The translations under genes were made by a program, and so were the position numbers. Below are positions 24,352-34,007 of a stretch of 64,000 nt of DNA, in pieces. The notes under the pieces were generated by a model. It was not told where the DNA came from. It saw nothing but the letters and a program-made list of their open reading frames with translations, and did no database searches. Within the stretch, counting starts at the first letter, position 1; each line of letters begins with the position of its first letter. Source of the stretch: Amphiscolops sp. MND2022 (taxonomy: Eukaryota); assembly GCA_964187785.1 (NCBI GenBank), contig OZ076421.1:37262001-37326000 (forward strand), in the 5' to 3' direction.

Positions 24352-26733
24352 TTAAGTAGAAGATTCAGAATATATAGGAGCGCCAACGGTTGGATAAATT
24401 CGGGGTGGTGTTTGAGGTTTGTTATGGATTGTAAGAGAGTTAGTGTTAGTATTAGTGTTAGTATTAGTGTTAACTGAGGCATAGTTAGTTTGTAAGGTCT
24501 GGAGAGGTTCTGATTGTGTAATAGTAGCATGTGCGAGTGATTGAAGTGCGGTAAATTCCTCAAGCGAAAGATAGAGAAACGTGGAATCGATGTCAGCAGG
24601 GTTGGGAACAGAGTCGACGATGTGGAGGAAACGACCAGAGTTTCCTCGGAAGAAACGTTGCGGATGTGCAAATAGTCGTCGCCATTGTCGTCGAAAGAGC
24701 GTAAAATTCACGCCGAAAGTAAGTAATGATAGGGTGATGGAGACCAGCGAGAAGCACACAGCCGTTCGAAGAGGCATATAAGAAGACAGAGCAGCAGATG
24801 TAGCTGGAGAAATCGATGAGTAGTACTGGGTTATTGGTCGGGTCAATTCTTCAAGCGTGTCTGATGACATGCGTTTAACATCCGGCAATTCAGCAAGTTC
24901 GAGTCTAACGCTGCTGAGTACCGATTGACGTGCTTCAGCGACTGAGTAGGCATGAAACTTATGAGCTATTTGTGGAACATGTTTGAACACATGAGCCAAA
25001 GAGGGGGTCAGTTCGATAGACGCCACGAGAGGCTCCGGTTTGCTTTCGCAGAAATCCATGTCCGGTGAAAGAACAAGATCACCTTGGTTGAATGATAGTG
25101 TGCTGGTACAACTAGGGCGAATTAGGCAAGCTTGGCAAGAAAGTGTTGATATCGAAAATCCAGCCAAGCGACTATCGTTTTTCATTTGAATGTTAGGATT
25201 TCTTGAGATTACATGATAAAGGCCATCAGCTAGATAGAACGCTTGAGGAGCGTCAGGAAGCAAAACAGATTCCACCTTACAGTTTCGGAGAGATGGAATG
25301 TCATAATTATAGAACAAGGAGGGCAGGCAAAGGAGAGTTTCGTCTGTGGTGGTGGAGAAACCTTTACGACAAAGCTTTATCCTATTATTGCCGGAGCATT
25401 GCTGCACTGTGGAGGCGCTGAGTTCCGCGAACTGGGTATTGTCTTCAGATATGGCTAGGAAGGGGTTAGTGAGTTGGTAGATTGAAGCGGTGTCACCATC
25501 GTCATTCGGTTGATGCAGTGCTGTGGCATGATACACATTGAAAGAAGAAGAGCGGGAATTCATGGGAATACCGAGTACATCCGATATGCCTCGGGAAAGA
25601 AGGGATACTTCCAAGACAAGTTGTATCTCGTAGTAAATGGCTTCTTGGCCAGGACGGATAGCGGGGGACAATTTGGTCCCTCTGAGGATCTCGTCGTTGG
25701 CGAGCTCGTTAACAATTTGAGACAGCTGTGCTGGAAGGAGAAACTGTGGTGTGACGTAACCAGCTGCTAGTGACGATATTGTTGAAAAGAGTGCAACTTT
25801 GTAAGCGTAAAACGACGCACGATAACTTTTCACATGGGTATATAAGGAGTCCAAATGATTTATGTAGCTACGTATTTCCTCAGAAAAATACATGTTTTGA
25901 ATAATGTGGAGATTGCATTGCCAGGTTCTCGCCAATACACCTTTAATCTTCAAGATGTCTGTCTGGAGTAAACTAAGGTTGGCACCGATAGCATCGTTGA
26001 TCTGCTGAACACTTTCCTGTGTTGCTTTTATTTCATGTCCCAGCATGAAAAAGTTTTCATCATTTTTTGTCTGTACACGTTGTAGAGTTTCCTGGAAACT
26101 TCTTTGCTGGTCCATAATGCGGTTGACATTATCTTCCAACACTCTATTGTCTGTGCAGAGGTTGAAAATCGAGAGCGCCGAACATGCAGCGTTCTTTACT
26201 GGGTCTCCGAGAACCAGTCCAGCCGCGCCAGCGGCTGCCATCAATATTCCTACCGCTCGGCGGTTTCTTGTTCCGGGATGTGTATCCGGGTCCACTCGTG
26301 GAGGTAAGAAGGACGATGCTATGTCAAGTAATCGAGATTCATCATTGCGGACACTTTGGATTTCTTTCTCCAATAACCTTAGTTTTTCTTCCAACTGATC
26401 GAATAGCAAGTGATAGAGTTCTGTCATTTTCTGAGACTCACACAATTTTACGGTGTCCATCCCTTCGATTGTATTAGAGTTGCCTTTCGTTCGCAAGATG
26501 GTATACACATCGGTTAGGTTTATAAAAGGCATGTTAGGGAACGGCGAGAAGACGCGAACTTTGCTTTCACTTTCCGACGTCACGGCTTGGTATTTGAACA
26601 CGAAAGCTGCACCTTTCTTGAAGATGGGTGTGTCCATTGTGTCACTTAGATGGGTGGCGAATTGAACGTCCGCGGAGCTAAGATGAAGGGTGAAGAGCCA
26701 ATAGAAAAGGAGAAAGACAGCCATTGTGCCCAT
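24352..26733 (-). CDS. env: Envelope / class I fusion glycoprotein (793 aa)
   Basis: Signal peptide MAVFLLFYWLFTLHLSSA; furin site RNRR followed by fusion peptide AVGILMAAAGAAGLVLG; heptad-repeat helix; Cys-rich region; TM AVCFSLVSITLSLLTFGVNFTLF; cytoplasmic tail. No stops or frameshifts. Confidence 0.92.
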   Translation of the reverse strand: MGTMAVFLLFYWLFTLHLSSADVQFATHLSDTMDTPIFKKGAAFVFKYQAVTSESESKVRVFSPFPNMPFINLTDVYTILRTKGNSNTIEGMDTVKLCESQKMTELYHLLFDQLEEKLRLLEKEIQSVRNDESRLLDIASSFLPPRVDPDTHPGTRNRRAVGILMAAAGAAGLVLGDPVKNAACSALSIFNLCTDNRVLEDNVNRIMDQQRSFQETLQRVQTKNDENFFMLGHEIKATQESVQQINDAIGANLSLLQTDILKIKGVLARTWQCNLHIIQNMYFSEEIRSYINHLDSLYTHVKSYRASFYAYKVALFSTISSLAAGYVTPQFLLPAQLSQIVNELANDEILRGTKLSPAIRPGQEAIYYEIQLVLEVSLLSRGISDVLGIPMNSRSSSFNVYHATALHQPNDDGDTASIYQLTNPFLAISEDNTQFAELSASTVQQCSGNNRIKLCRKGFSTTTDETLLCLPSLFYNYDIPSLRNCKVESVLLPDAPQAFYLADGLYHVISRNPNIQMKNDSRLAGFSISTLSCQACLIRPSCTSTLSFNQGDLVLSPDMDFCESKPEPLVASIELTPSLAHVFKHVPQIAHKFHAYSVAEARQSVLSSVRLELAELPDVKRMSSDTLEELTRPITQYYSSISPATSAALSSYMPLRTAVCFSLVSITLSLLTFGVNFTLFRRQWRRLFAHPQRFFRGNSGRFLHIVDSVPNPADIDSTFLYLSLEEFTALQSLAHATITQSEPLQTLQTNYASVNTNTNTNTNTNSLTIHNKPQTPPRIYPTVGAPIYSESST

Positions 26734-26745
26734 CGGGGTTTCTCT

Positions 26746-26820
26746 CCTGAAGTAAGGAAATCATTGATTTTCATGGGAAAGTGAAGAGTTATAAGAAAGA
26801 AGAAGGATCAGAGAGGTTAG
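26746..26820 (-). promoter_or_regulatory. env splice acceptor (branch point, polypyrimidine tract, AG)
   Basis: The - strand reads ACTAAC CTCTCTGATCCTTCTTCTTTCTT...TTTCCTTACTTCAG|GAGAGAAACCCCGATG. Confidence 0.7.
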
Positions 26821-26825
26821 TATGT

Positions 26826-29800
26826 TCATGACCCTGGGCCGTTTCTGGCAGCGTTCTTCTTCTTTTTCGGGGACAGGAAGTCGGTGAGATCACGTGGAAT
26901 TCGAGCTTTGTATAGAGGATTGGCTTTTCGTTGGTTCATGGTAGATTGTCGTAGACTTCGCGGTGGCATAGAAGTGCGCTGTACGAATTGCTGGGTCGCG
27001 CTGTCAATAATAGTTCCTAGAGGGGATCGCAGATTTTCGTGAACGCGCGTTGGTGTTGAGTGCTGGGGAGTAATGGTTCTGAAAGAAGAATCCGAGGGTT
27101 CTCTACTCTGAAAATTTGAGGTGTTGAAGCAGTCAGCGGTCTGGGTTGGGACGAATGGGGGAGCTGAAGCATTCAGGAGAGATTCTCGGTGCACGGGAGA
27201 CTGCGACTGCTGGGTCTCGGATTGCGAAGTGGACGTAACAAACGATTGTGAAAAAGAACAGTTTGTTGGAGGTTGCCCTCTCATGGGCAGGAAAGTTACA
27301 TCACAGTCGCTATGATCAAAGCCCTGTCGCTTTGAGGGTTTTGCGGCCGTAGTAAGTGGCGTCAAGCGCTCGGGTATGTTACTCGTGGAAGGGGGTTGAC
27401 CGAAGTAGGGTTTGATACGGTCATAGTGAACTACCAACTGTTTCTGGGTGCTCAATTCTTCGATTTTGTAATTGGCGTCATTAATACATTTCAGTATGCG
27501 GTAGGGTCCACGCCAAGGACTAGATAATTTAGGACTATTTCCTTTTGTAGTGACAGGATAATGGAGGAGAATGTAATCATTTTCGTTATACGAAGAACCA
27601 TGGACCTTTTTGTTGTATATGGCATTCCGTCGCAATTGTTGGGCATTAGTGCTGTAACGCACTAGTTCAAAGGCTTTATGAAAAAGAGCTTGCTTTTGTA
27701 GTACGAAGTTGTTGGGAGGCAAGGCAAGATTGGATTGAGGTCCTTTGTACATCAAATCAATGGGTAATGTCAGTTCGTGGCCGAACACTAAGAAATTCGG
27801 TGTGAAGCCTGTTGATTCATGAACAGAGGAACGATAGGCCAATAAGACGAAGGGAAGAAGTGAAGACCAATTTGATTGGTCATCGGCAATGCATTTGGAA
27901 AGCATATTGAGCAGTGTTCGGTTCATTCGCTCAATGACTGAATTCGATTGGGGATGGAAGGAGGTAGTTCTGGTTTTATCGATTTCAAGTCGGCGCATAA
28001 GGTGCTGAAAAAGATCAGACTCGAAATTTCGGTCTTGGTCTGTATGAATACTGTAAGGACACCCAAAACGACAAATCCAGTGTTGCAAGAACGCGTTAGC
28101 AGTGGTTGTAGCTTGCTGATCAGGGAGTGGTAACGCCTCGTACCATTTTGTGAAGTGATCTCCGATCAATAAAATGAATTGGTTGCCGTTAGATAGCGGC
28201 AATGGCCCTAAGAAATCCATCCCGATATGGTGGAACGGGTAACTGACTTTCCAATCGACCAAGGAATGACGGTGCGTTTTCGGTGGGTTGGAGCGTTTTT
28301 GACAAATATCACAACATCGGATAAAAAATTTAACATCCTCCTTGAAGCCTGGCCAATAGAAGCGTTGTCGCACCTTCTCAATGACCTTGTAAGTTCCTAA
28401 ATGGCCAGCCGTTGGAGAACTATGAAGCGACTCAAGGACTTCTGGAATTAAGACGTGAGGTACAATCTGTTGAAGGAAGGGGACGCTACCATCGTTAGGC
28501 TCGAATTTTCGACAGAGAATATCGTTATGAAGGTATAGGCTACCTAAATGGTTATACATTCGCCAGGCCAGTCTCGGTAGGCCTTGTAACTCACTAGTGG
28601 TAGGGGTTTTGCTGGCCCGGACCCAAGCGCGAACGTGGCGTAGGGCCTCGTCTGCCTCTTGTAGTTCTTGTAGTGTTTCGATTCCACTGAATTTTCCATT
28701 GTGGTTAGGCTGCGAGGATCGTGCAAACTCTTTCAGATACAGTGATTTGAACAGTTGATGTACGGAACGTTTCTCGGATGAGTTGACAGATTTTGTCTTC
28801 GTCCAAGCAATCCACACCACATCCAGCACAAGGTATGCTTATACTTTTCACTGTATTCTGTTCAGCATGTGCGCGCATACGCTCTAACGAGGCTCTGAGG
28901 GTACCGTATGTGGTTTTGTTGTTCTGCTTTTGTTTTGTAATCAAGTGGTAGATGTAGCGCTGGGAGTCAGGTAACCACTGAGGCCAAATAGAATGAAGGG
29001 TGTGATCGAGGTTTGTGGGGTAGGCAATGGGAAAGTTTCTTTTGATCTTGCGAGCTATGCCCGATGACATTTTGAAGTCGGCGGAGACACAATGAGCGAA
29101 GGAGTCATTAGTTGAGAGAAGGTCCGCGGAAACCTCACGGTACTGGCCGGTTGGTGAGAGATCAGGAATGACTGGAGTAGACACATTCAAGTCTCGGTTT
29201 GGCCATTCCTGGTCACAGTTGTTCGCGTCTACAACTGGCTCATCTTCACCGGGTCTGTAAGCAGGAGTTGATTGTTCAGTGATCACGTTGATGACGGAAG
29301 GAGATCGTGACAGGCCATCAGCATGACCAATCGACTTTCCGGGACGATGCCTGACTTCGTAATTGAATGGAGCCAGCTTTTCAAGCCAGCGCGCGGTTAT
29401 CCCATCGGGATCTTTGAAGTTATGGAGCCATTGAAGTGCTCGGTGATCAGTAACAATTGTGAACTTTTGCCCTAGGAGATAGTGACGAAAGTGTCGGGTG
29501 AAATTAACAATAGCGAGAAGCTCACGCCGCGTCGCAGAATATTTGCTTTGAGCCTTGGAGAAAGACTTCGACGCGTAACATATAGCTCGCTCAAGACCGT
29601 CATGCTCTTGTGCAAGGACGGCGCCCATTGCAAATTGGCTTGCATCGGTGTATAAGATGAAAGGTTTGGTTAATGAAGGAAAAGCTAAAACGGGCGTCGT
29701 GGTGAGTTTTATTTCAAGGATCTCGAAGGCTTCCTGAGCTTCAGAGGTCCATTGGAAAGCAGACGAAGTCTCACTTGCTTTGTGAAGGGGGCGTGCAATG

Positions 29801-31561
29801 GCGGCAAAGTTTTGGACGTATCGGCGATAGTAAGAGGCTAGCCCCAGGAACGACTTCACCTGGGTTTGGTTTTGAGGTTGCGGGAATTCGACCACTGCTT
29901 TGACTTTGTCTGGGTCAACCTGTAGTCCATGTTGACTGACCACATGGCCGAGGAAGTTAACTTTTGTGCGAAAGAAGTCACACTTTGATGGGTTGATCTT
30001 CAAGTTGGCGTCACTGAAACGCTGAAATATTTCCCGAAGACGAGAGATGTGCTCCTGCTGAGTTTTTGCGAAAATGATGCAATCATCCAAATAAGGAACA
30101 CAAGTTTTCCAAATCAGGCCCACTAGGACACTTTCCATTAGGCTCTGGAACGTGTTCGGGCTCCCAGTGAGACCCATTGGCATGCGAAGCCATTTGAAGG
30201 AGCCGAAGGGGGTGCTAAAGGCTGTAAAATCTTGACTTTTCTTCAGCCATTGGTACTTGGTAGAACCCAGCCGACATGTCAATGGTAGAAAAGTAGGAGC
30301 TGCCTTCTAGTGTGTCGAAAATTTCTTCAATCGAGGGGATTGGCCAACTCGACTTGACGGTAGTCAATGACAAGCCGAAGTTTTCCATTTTTCTTTGGAA
30401 CCAACATAGCCGGGGAGCTATATGGACTGTGACAGGGAGTGATAAGATCTTTATCGAGAAAAACATCGATTTTGTTTTGGAGGTCTTCTTTGTAGTGCAG
30501 TGGCATCCTCCTGTTGGGAATTTTGACCGGCCTTGACCCTGGGTAGACTTCAATCTTGTGACTAGTGACATCGCACTTACCCAAATCCCATTCGGATGAA
30601 GAGAACACGTGCTCGAATTCCTTCACTAGATCTTTAAATTGTTGTCGGTATTCCTCATCGATGTCTTCGTCAATGTTGCTGAATAGTGACTCTAAGTCGT
30701 ACTTCATACTCTTCTTGGTTTTGACTTGCGACTGGTTTGGTTTCTGAGACGGACGTGGGAGAGGCGATTGACTGACGTTATTCAAACTGTCTTCAGACAC
30801 AATCTCTGATGTCCACAGAGTTGTGTTTTTGTATATAGTTATTATCGGAGGAGGCTGTGTTATTGAACACTATTGGAATCGTTTCCTCAGAATAGTTGAA
30901 AAGAATATTCGGAGCGACCACCTCGCGAGTAGAGTTAAACTTTTCGAGAGGTTCAAAATAGCATTCAAGGGGATAGGTGGTTTCTTCCAGTCCGAAATAT
31001 GGGCTGGCAGAATTTTGGCATGGCCAGCTGGTACCATGGCTGTTTCGGTGGCAATGACTCGAAACACTGCATTACTGGTGAGCTCAAAGGTTTGTGGTAC
31101 ATGGGAACAGACTGAGTTGAGTCGAGTCTCAGTTTCATCTGCGAGAACAGTGGATCACACTTGTTTGTTTCTAGGAAATCCAGTCCCAGAAGGCAATCGG
31201 CTTCTGAATTTTCCAAGACACGGAATTCATGAACGTACTGCTTCGTACCTATTCGTACCGGAACCCGTATGACGCCTTTGACTGCTATAGGTAGTACATT
31301 AGCTGCTCTCAGGTTCCTAGTACACGCGTTCAAGGGAATGTCATTTCTTTTCTTCAGTTCATCATAGATTTTAGGGTTCAGACAAGACACACTTGCTCCA
31401 CAATCACGTACAGCTTCTACATCTATGTTCAAAATTGTGAGTTTAACGAAGACGCTACGGGGGTCAACCACTGAATTCATTGTTAGGACTGATTGTGGGC
31501 CATGGGGTGTATTCGTGTCTGCGCGGAGGCCCTCTGGCGTAGACGATTTCAGTTTTCCTGG
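26826..31561 (-). pseudogene. pol: pol (protease, RT, RNase H, macrodomain, integrase) with about 5 frameshifts; -1 frame relative to gag
   Basis: PR AVRDCGAS; RT SPYSSPAMLVPKKNG, MPMGL, YLDD; RH YTDAS, RELLAIV, VTDHRAL. IN has HHCC (H-x6-H...C-x2-C), GMDFLGP, HTDQDRNF, VIERMNRTL and GPY. Frame breaks near 31085, 30870, 30340, 30240 and 28740. Confidence 0.95.
28742..29146 (-). other. TARG1/OARD1-type macrodomain inside Pol, between RNase H and integrase
   Basis: SFAHCVSADFKMSSGIA, RYIYHLITKQ, KTTYGTLRASLERMRAH and ISIPCAGCGVDCL resemble the TARG1 motifs SLAHCISEDCRMGAGIA, RYIYYLITKK, KPTYENLQKSLEAMKSH and LSMPRIGCGLDRL as I recall them. Confidence 0.88.
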
Positions 31562-32828
31562 TTTGACCGGGAAGCTCTGCAGTCCCGTCTGAAGTGGCCT
31601 ACTCTATGACAATTGAAACATGCTTTGCACTCGTTCGAGGCATGATTGGTCCGCTTACAATGACGACATTCCTGTTTCTGGTTCGATTTACTGTTGGAGT
31701 TCTTGGAATAGTCGGAAGAGTTCTTTCCTTGGTTATTACGGTTCGGTGAATGCCTTTGATTGTTCCTGTTGTCATACTCTCTGTGTCCGTTCCTCTGAGT
31801 GTGGCGACGCTCGTTTCCATCCTCAAAGTGGACCGATCGGGATCGATCTCCCGAGGTACTTCTATCATCTCGGCGTCCTCGGCCTTGATTTCTGTCGTGG
31901 GAATTGTTCCTGTTGGTTCCTTGCTGGCTGCTCGAGTTATTACTGTGACGATTGTTGTCTCGCGAATCGGACCTGTTGCTATGTGAAGCCTTTAAGTTGG
32001 CAATCTCAGCGCGTAACGTTCTAACAAGCTCATCGACTGTGTCAGACCTTTGGGAGCCGGAGGCCACTTGATTAACAGCACTTGTAAACTCCGTACTTGC
32101 TTTGTTTTGTTGTTCTAAGGCAAGGAACGAGTCAAGCTCGATAGCCAATGTTAACGCTTCATCAGCTGTGGTAGGCTTGGTTTTTCTTAGTTCCCATCGC
32201 AGGGTCGAATTCTTTAGACCTTCGATGAAACTGGTCAAAACAATTTGTTCAATAAGATGAGGATGGTTCCGGTATGCGCTTCTTGCTAAAGTTCGAATAT
32301 CGCACAAAAAAGTAGCAATGTCCTGCGTTGGTTGTTGTTTAGCGGCTTTCAAGCGAGCTTTCAGTATATCAACATTTGTAGTGTAGTTCTGTCGGAACGC
32401 TTCGACGAGTTGAGCATAATCGCCTTGTTGTTCAGATGACAAGGTTGTATAGAAATGAAGTGCATTTTCTCGCAGACGTAGTGCAAAATATTGCGGGCGA
32501 TGGTCATGTTGATCAGAGCTCCATCCTGAGAGCGTGGCAGCCGTGTTGAACTGTTGTAGATAGTCCTCGAAATCTCCAGAACCATTGAAGATTTCAGGCA
32601 TCAAGCAAGATGGGAGTGACACGCTCATGGGTAGAAAGGGGGGCGGTATTGACCGTTGACTGCCGCAGTGGAGTTAAAGATTCGTGTGAAAGCATCCGTA
32701 GTGTAATTGTTCGAAAGTGGATCGGCGGGAGTCGAAGAAGAAGTTGCTGATTGGTTTTTAGGAGGGCCTTCGGCATGGGAAGTGCCCGTGGAGGCGTCCA
32801 GTTGCACACCATTTTCAGTATCACTCAT
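31549..32828 (-). CDS. gag: gag (one frame break at about 32628-32643)
   Basis: PEIFNGSGDFEDYLQQFNTAATLSGW capsid-type start and two CCHC knuckles, CRHCKRTNHASNEC and CFNCHRVGHFRRDC. The 67-aa upstream ORF (32828-32625) overlaps the 359-aa ORF at ATGA. Confidence 0.9.
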
Positions 32829-32968
32829 TTTGATTGCAGAAAGAAACCTTTTCGTTCTAGCACTAGATTTGCTGACTGTTCGATATGGTTTATTCGAATG
32901 TTAATGTAGGTTACCCGCCAGAAACTGTAGATTTTGCTAATGCAGGGCGTAATATCACTTTCACACAA

Positions 32969-33349
32969 TCAAATTTGTGAGATACCTCTGCGGAGAAAAG
33001 TTATGCGTAGATGAGCGTCAATAAGAAGTAGATTTTCGACCCACTGTCGCGTCAATTTGAAAAAGAACAAGGATTTCGGGTGCAATCGTGATAGTTGTTT
33101 TCGGGAAGTGCTTTTCCGTCTGACTTCTGCGCGGTTTATGTTAGATTGATGTTCTTTGTCGTGTATTAGCATTAAATTCAAGTAAAGTTGTGAAATTTCA
33201 GGCGAAAGGCCTTTAGCATGCTCTGGATATTTTTCCAAATGTTGAAAGAGTTCAAATCGTTCGACTTGGCAGAGGAAACACGGATATTTTTGTGGCGATT
33301 GATGAGGGGGCACAGAGTTTATTTCAGAGGTAAAAACAAAGTGATACAT
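32969..33349 (-). CDS. Leader ORF-B, 126 aa, possible Zn-binding accessory protein
   Basis: ATG-initiated, in element sense, non-overlapping, between ORF-A and gag. Contains C-x2-C-x9-H-x6-H (CFLCQVERFELFQHLEKYPEH) and a basic stretch RRKSTSRK. Confidence 0.5.
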   Translation of the reverse strand: MYHFVFTSEINSVPPHQSPQKYPCFLCQVERFELFQHLEKYPEHAKGLSPEISQLYLNLMLIHDKEHQSNINRAEVRRKSTSRKQLSRLHPKSLFFFKLTRQWVENLLLIDAHLRITFLRRGISQI

Positions 33350-33402
33350 GCGGTTTTTTGGAAAATTAACGGTCCAGTTTTACGCAAAGGATTTGGTACT
33401 GT

Positions 33403-33648
33403 TTACACTGAAGACTTCATGCAACTGGCCGTGACATACTCCAAACGTATCAGTATGAAAGCTTGTCCGACTATGACAGTGAGAAATAAAAGCAAGACAC
33501 AAATGACACTAACTGAAGTTAAACACAAAGATGCGGAGTCTAAACGGAGTCTTCTATCCACAGCTCGCGAATACCGGGGAGGAGGTTCAGCGGGATAATT
33601 ACGGTTCAAAACGTACCGGGGTAAATGATTAGTATGGTTATGATACAT
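33403..33648 (-). CDS. Leader ORF-A, 81 aa, PPxY motif plus single TM helix
   Basis: ATG-initiated. PAEPPPRYS, basic RAVDRRLR, then hydrophobic LCLTSVSVICVLLLFLTVIVGQAFILI. Confidence 0.55.
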   Translation of the reverse strand: MYHNHTNHLPRYVLNRNYPAEPPPRYSRAVDRRLRLDSASLCLTSVSVICVLLLFLTVIVGQAFILIRLEYVTASCMKSSV

Positions 33649-33988
33649 AATTAATATTAGTATAGGTTAAAATTAGCTAACATTGAGGGTTTTCAAGGTT
33701 TAAGATAAGAAAGAAAAAACTGTAATTTTTACTATCCAACACTTTACCGTCTCCTGAAACGAAGAATAATTAGCGATTTTCAAGTTTTTCAAAAGAATTC
33801 CTAATTGCCCGTGCTCTGGAATTTGCCTACTTATGGGCCCTATCTGCCGTCTACTGTAAATTTTCGCTAGCAGAGCAGCTAGCGTTAGGGCGGGACAAGT
33901 CCCGGAACGAGATCTTAAGGCAGTGTTTTGGAAACATGTGGTCACGCTAAATTACGATATTTTACACTTTTCTTCTATAACAAGAGCA

Positions 33989-34006
33989 ATCCCACTCCTG
34001 TCACCA
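33989..34006 (-). promoter_or_regulatory. Primer-binding site (tRNA-Leu type) of element 1
   Basis: The - strand TGGTGACAGGAGTGGGAT lies 1 nt from the LTR end and is complementary to a tRNA 3' end ATCCCACTCCTGTCACCA, which resembles metazoan tRNA-Leu(CAG) ...ATCCCACTCCTGACACCA. Confidence 0.85.
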
Positions 34007-34007
34007 A

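Noticed and set aside
33218-33598. 126-aa antisense ORF in the retroelement leader
   Set aside because: No recognisable motif, and it overlaps ORF-A and ORF-B on the opposite strand; probably a shadow frame.
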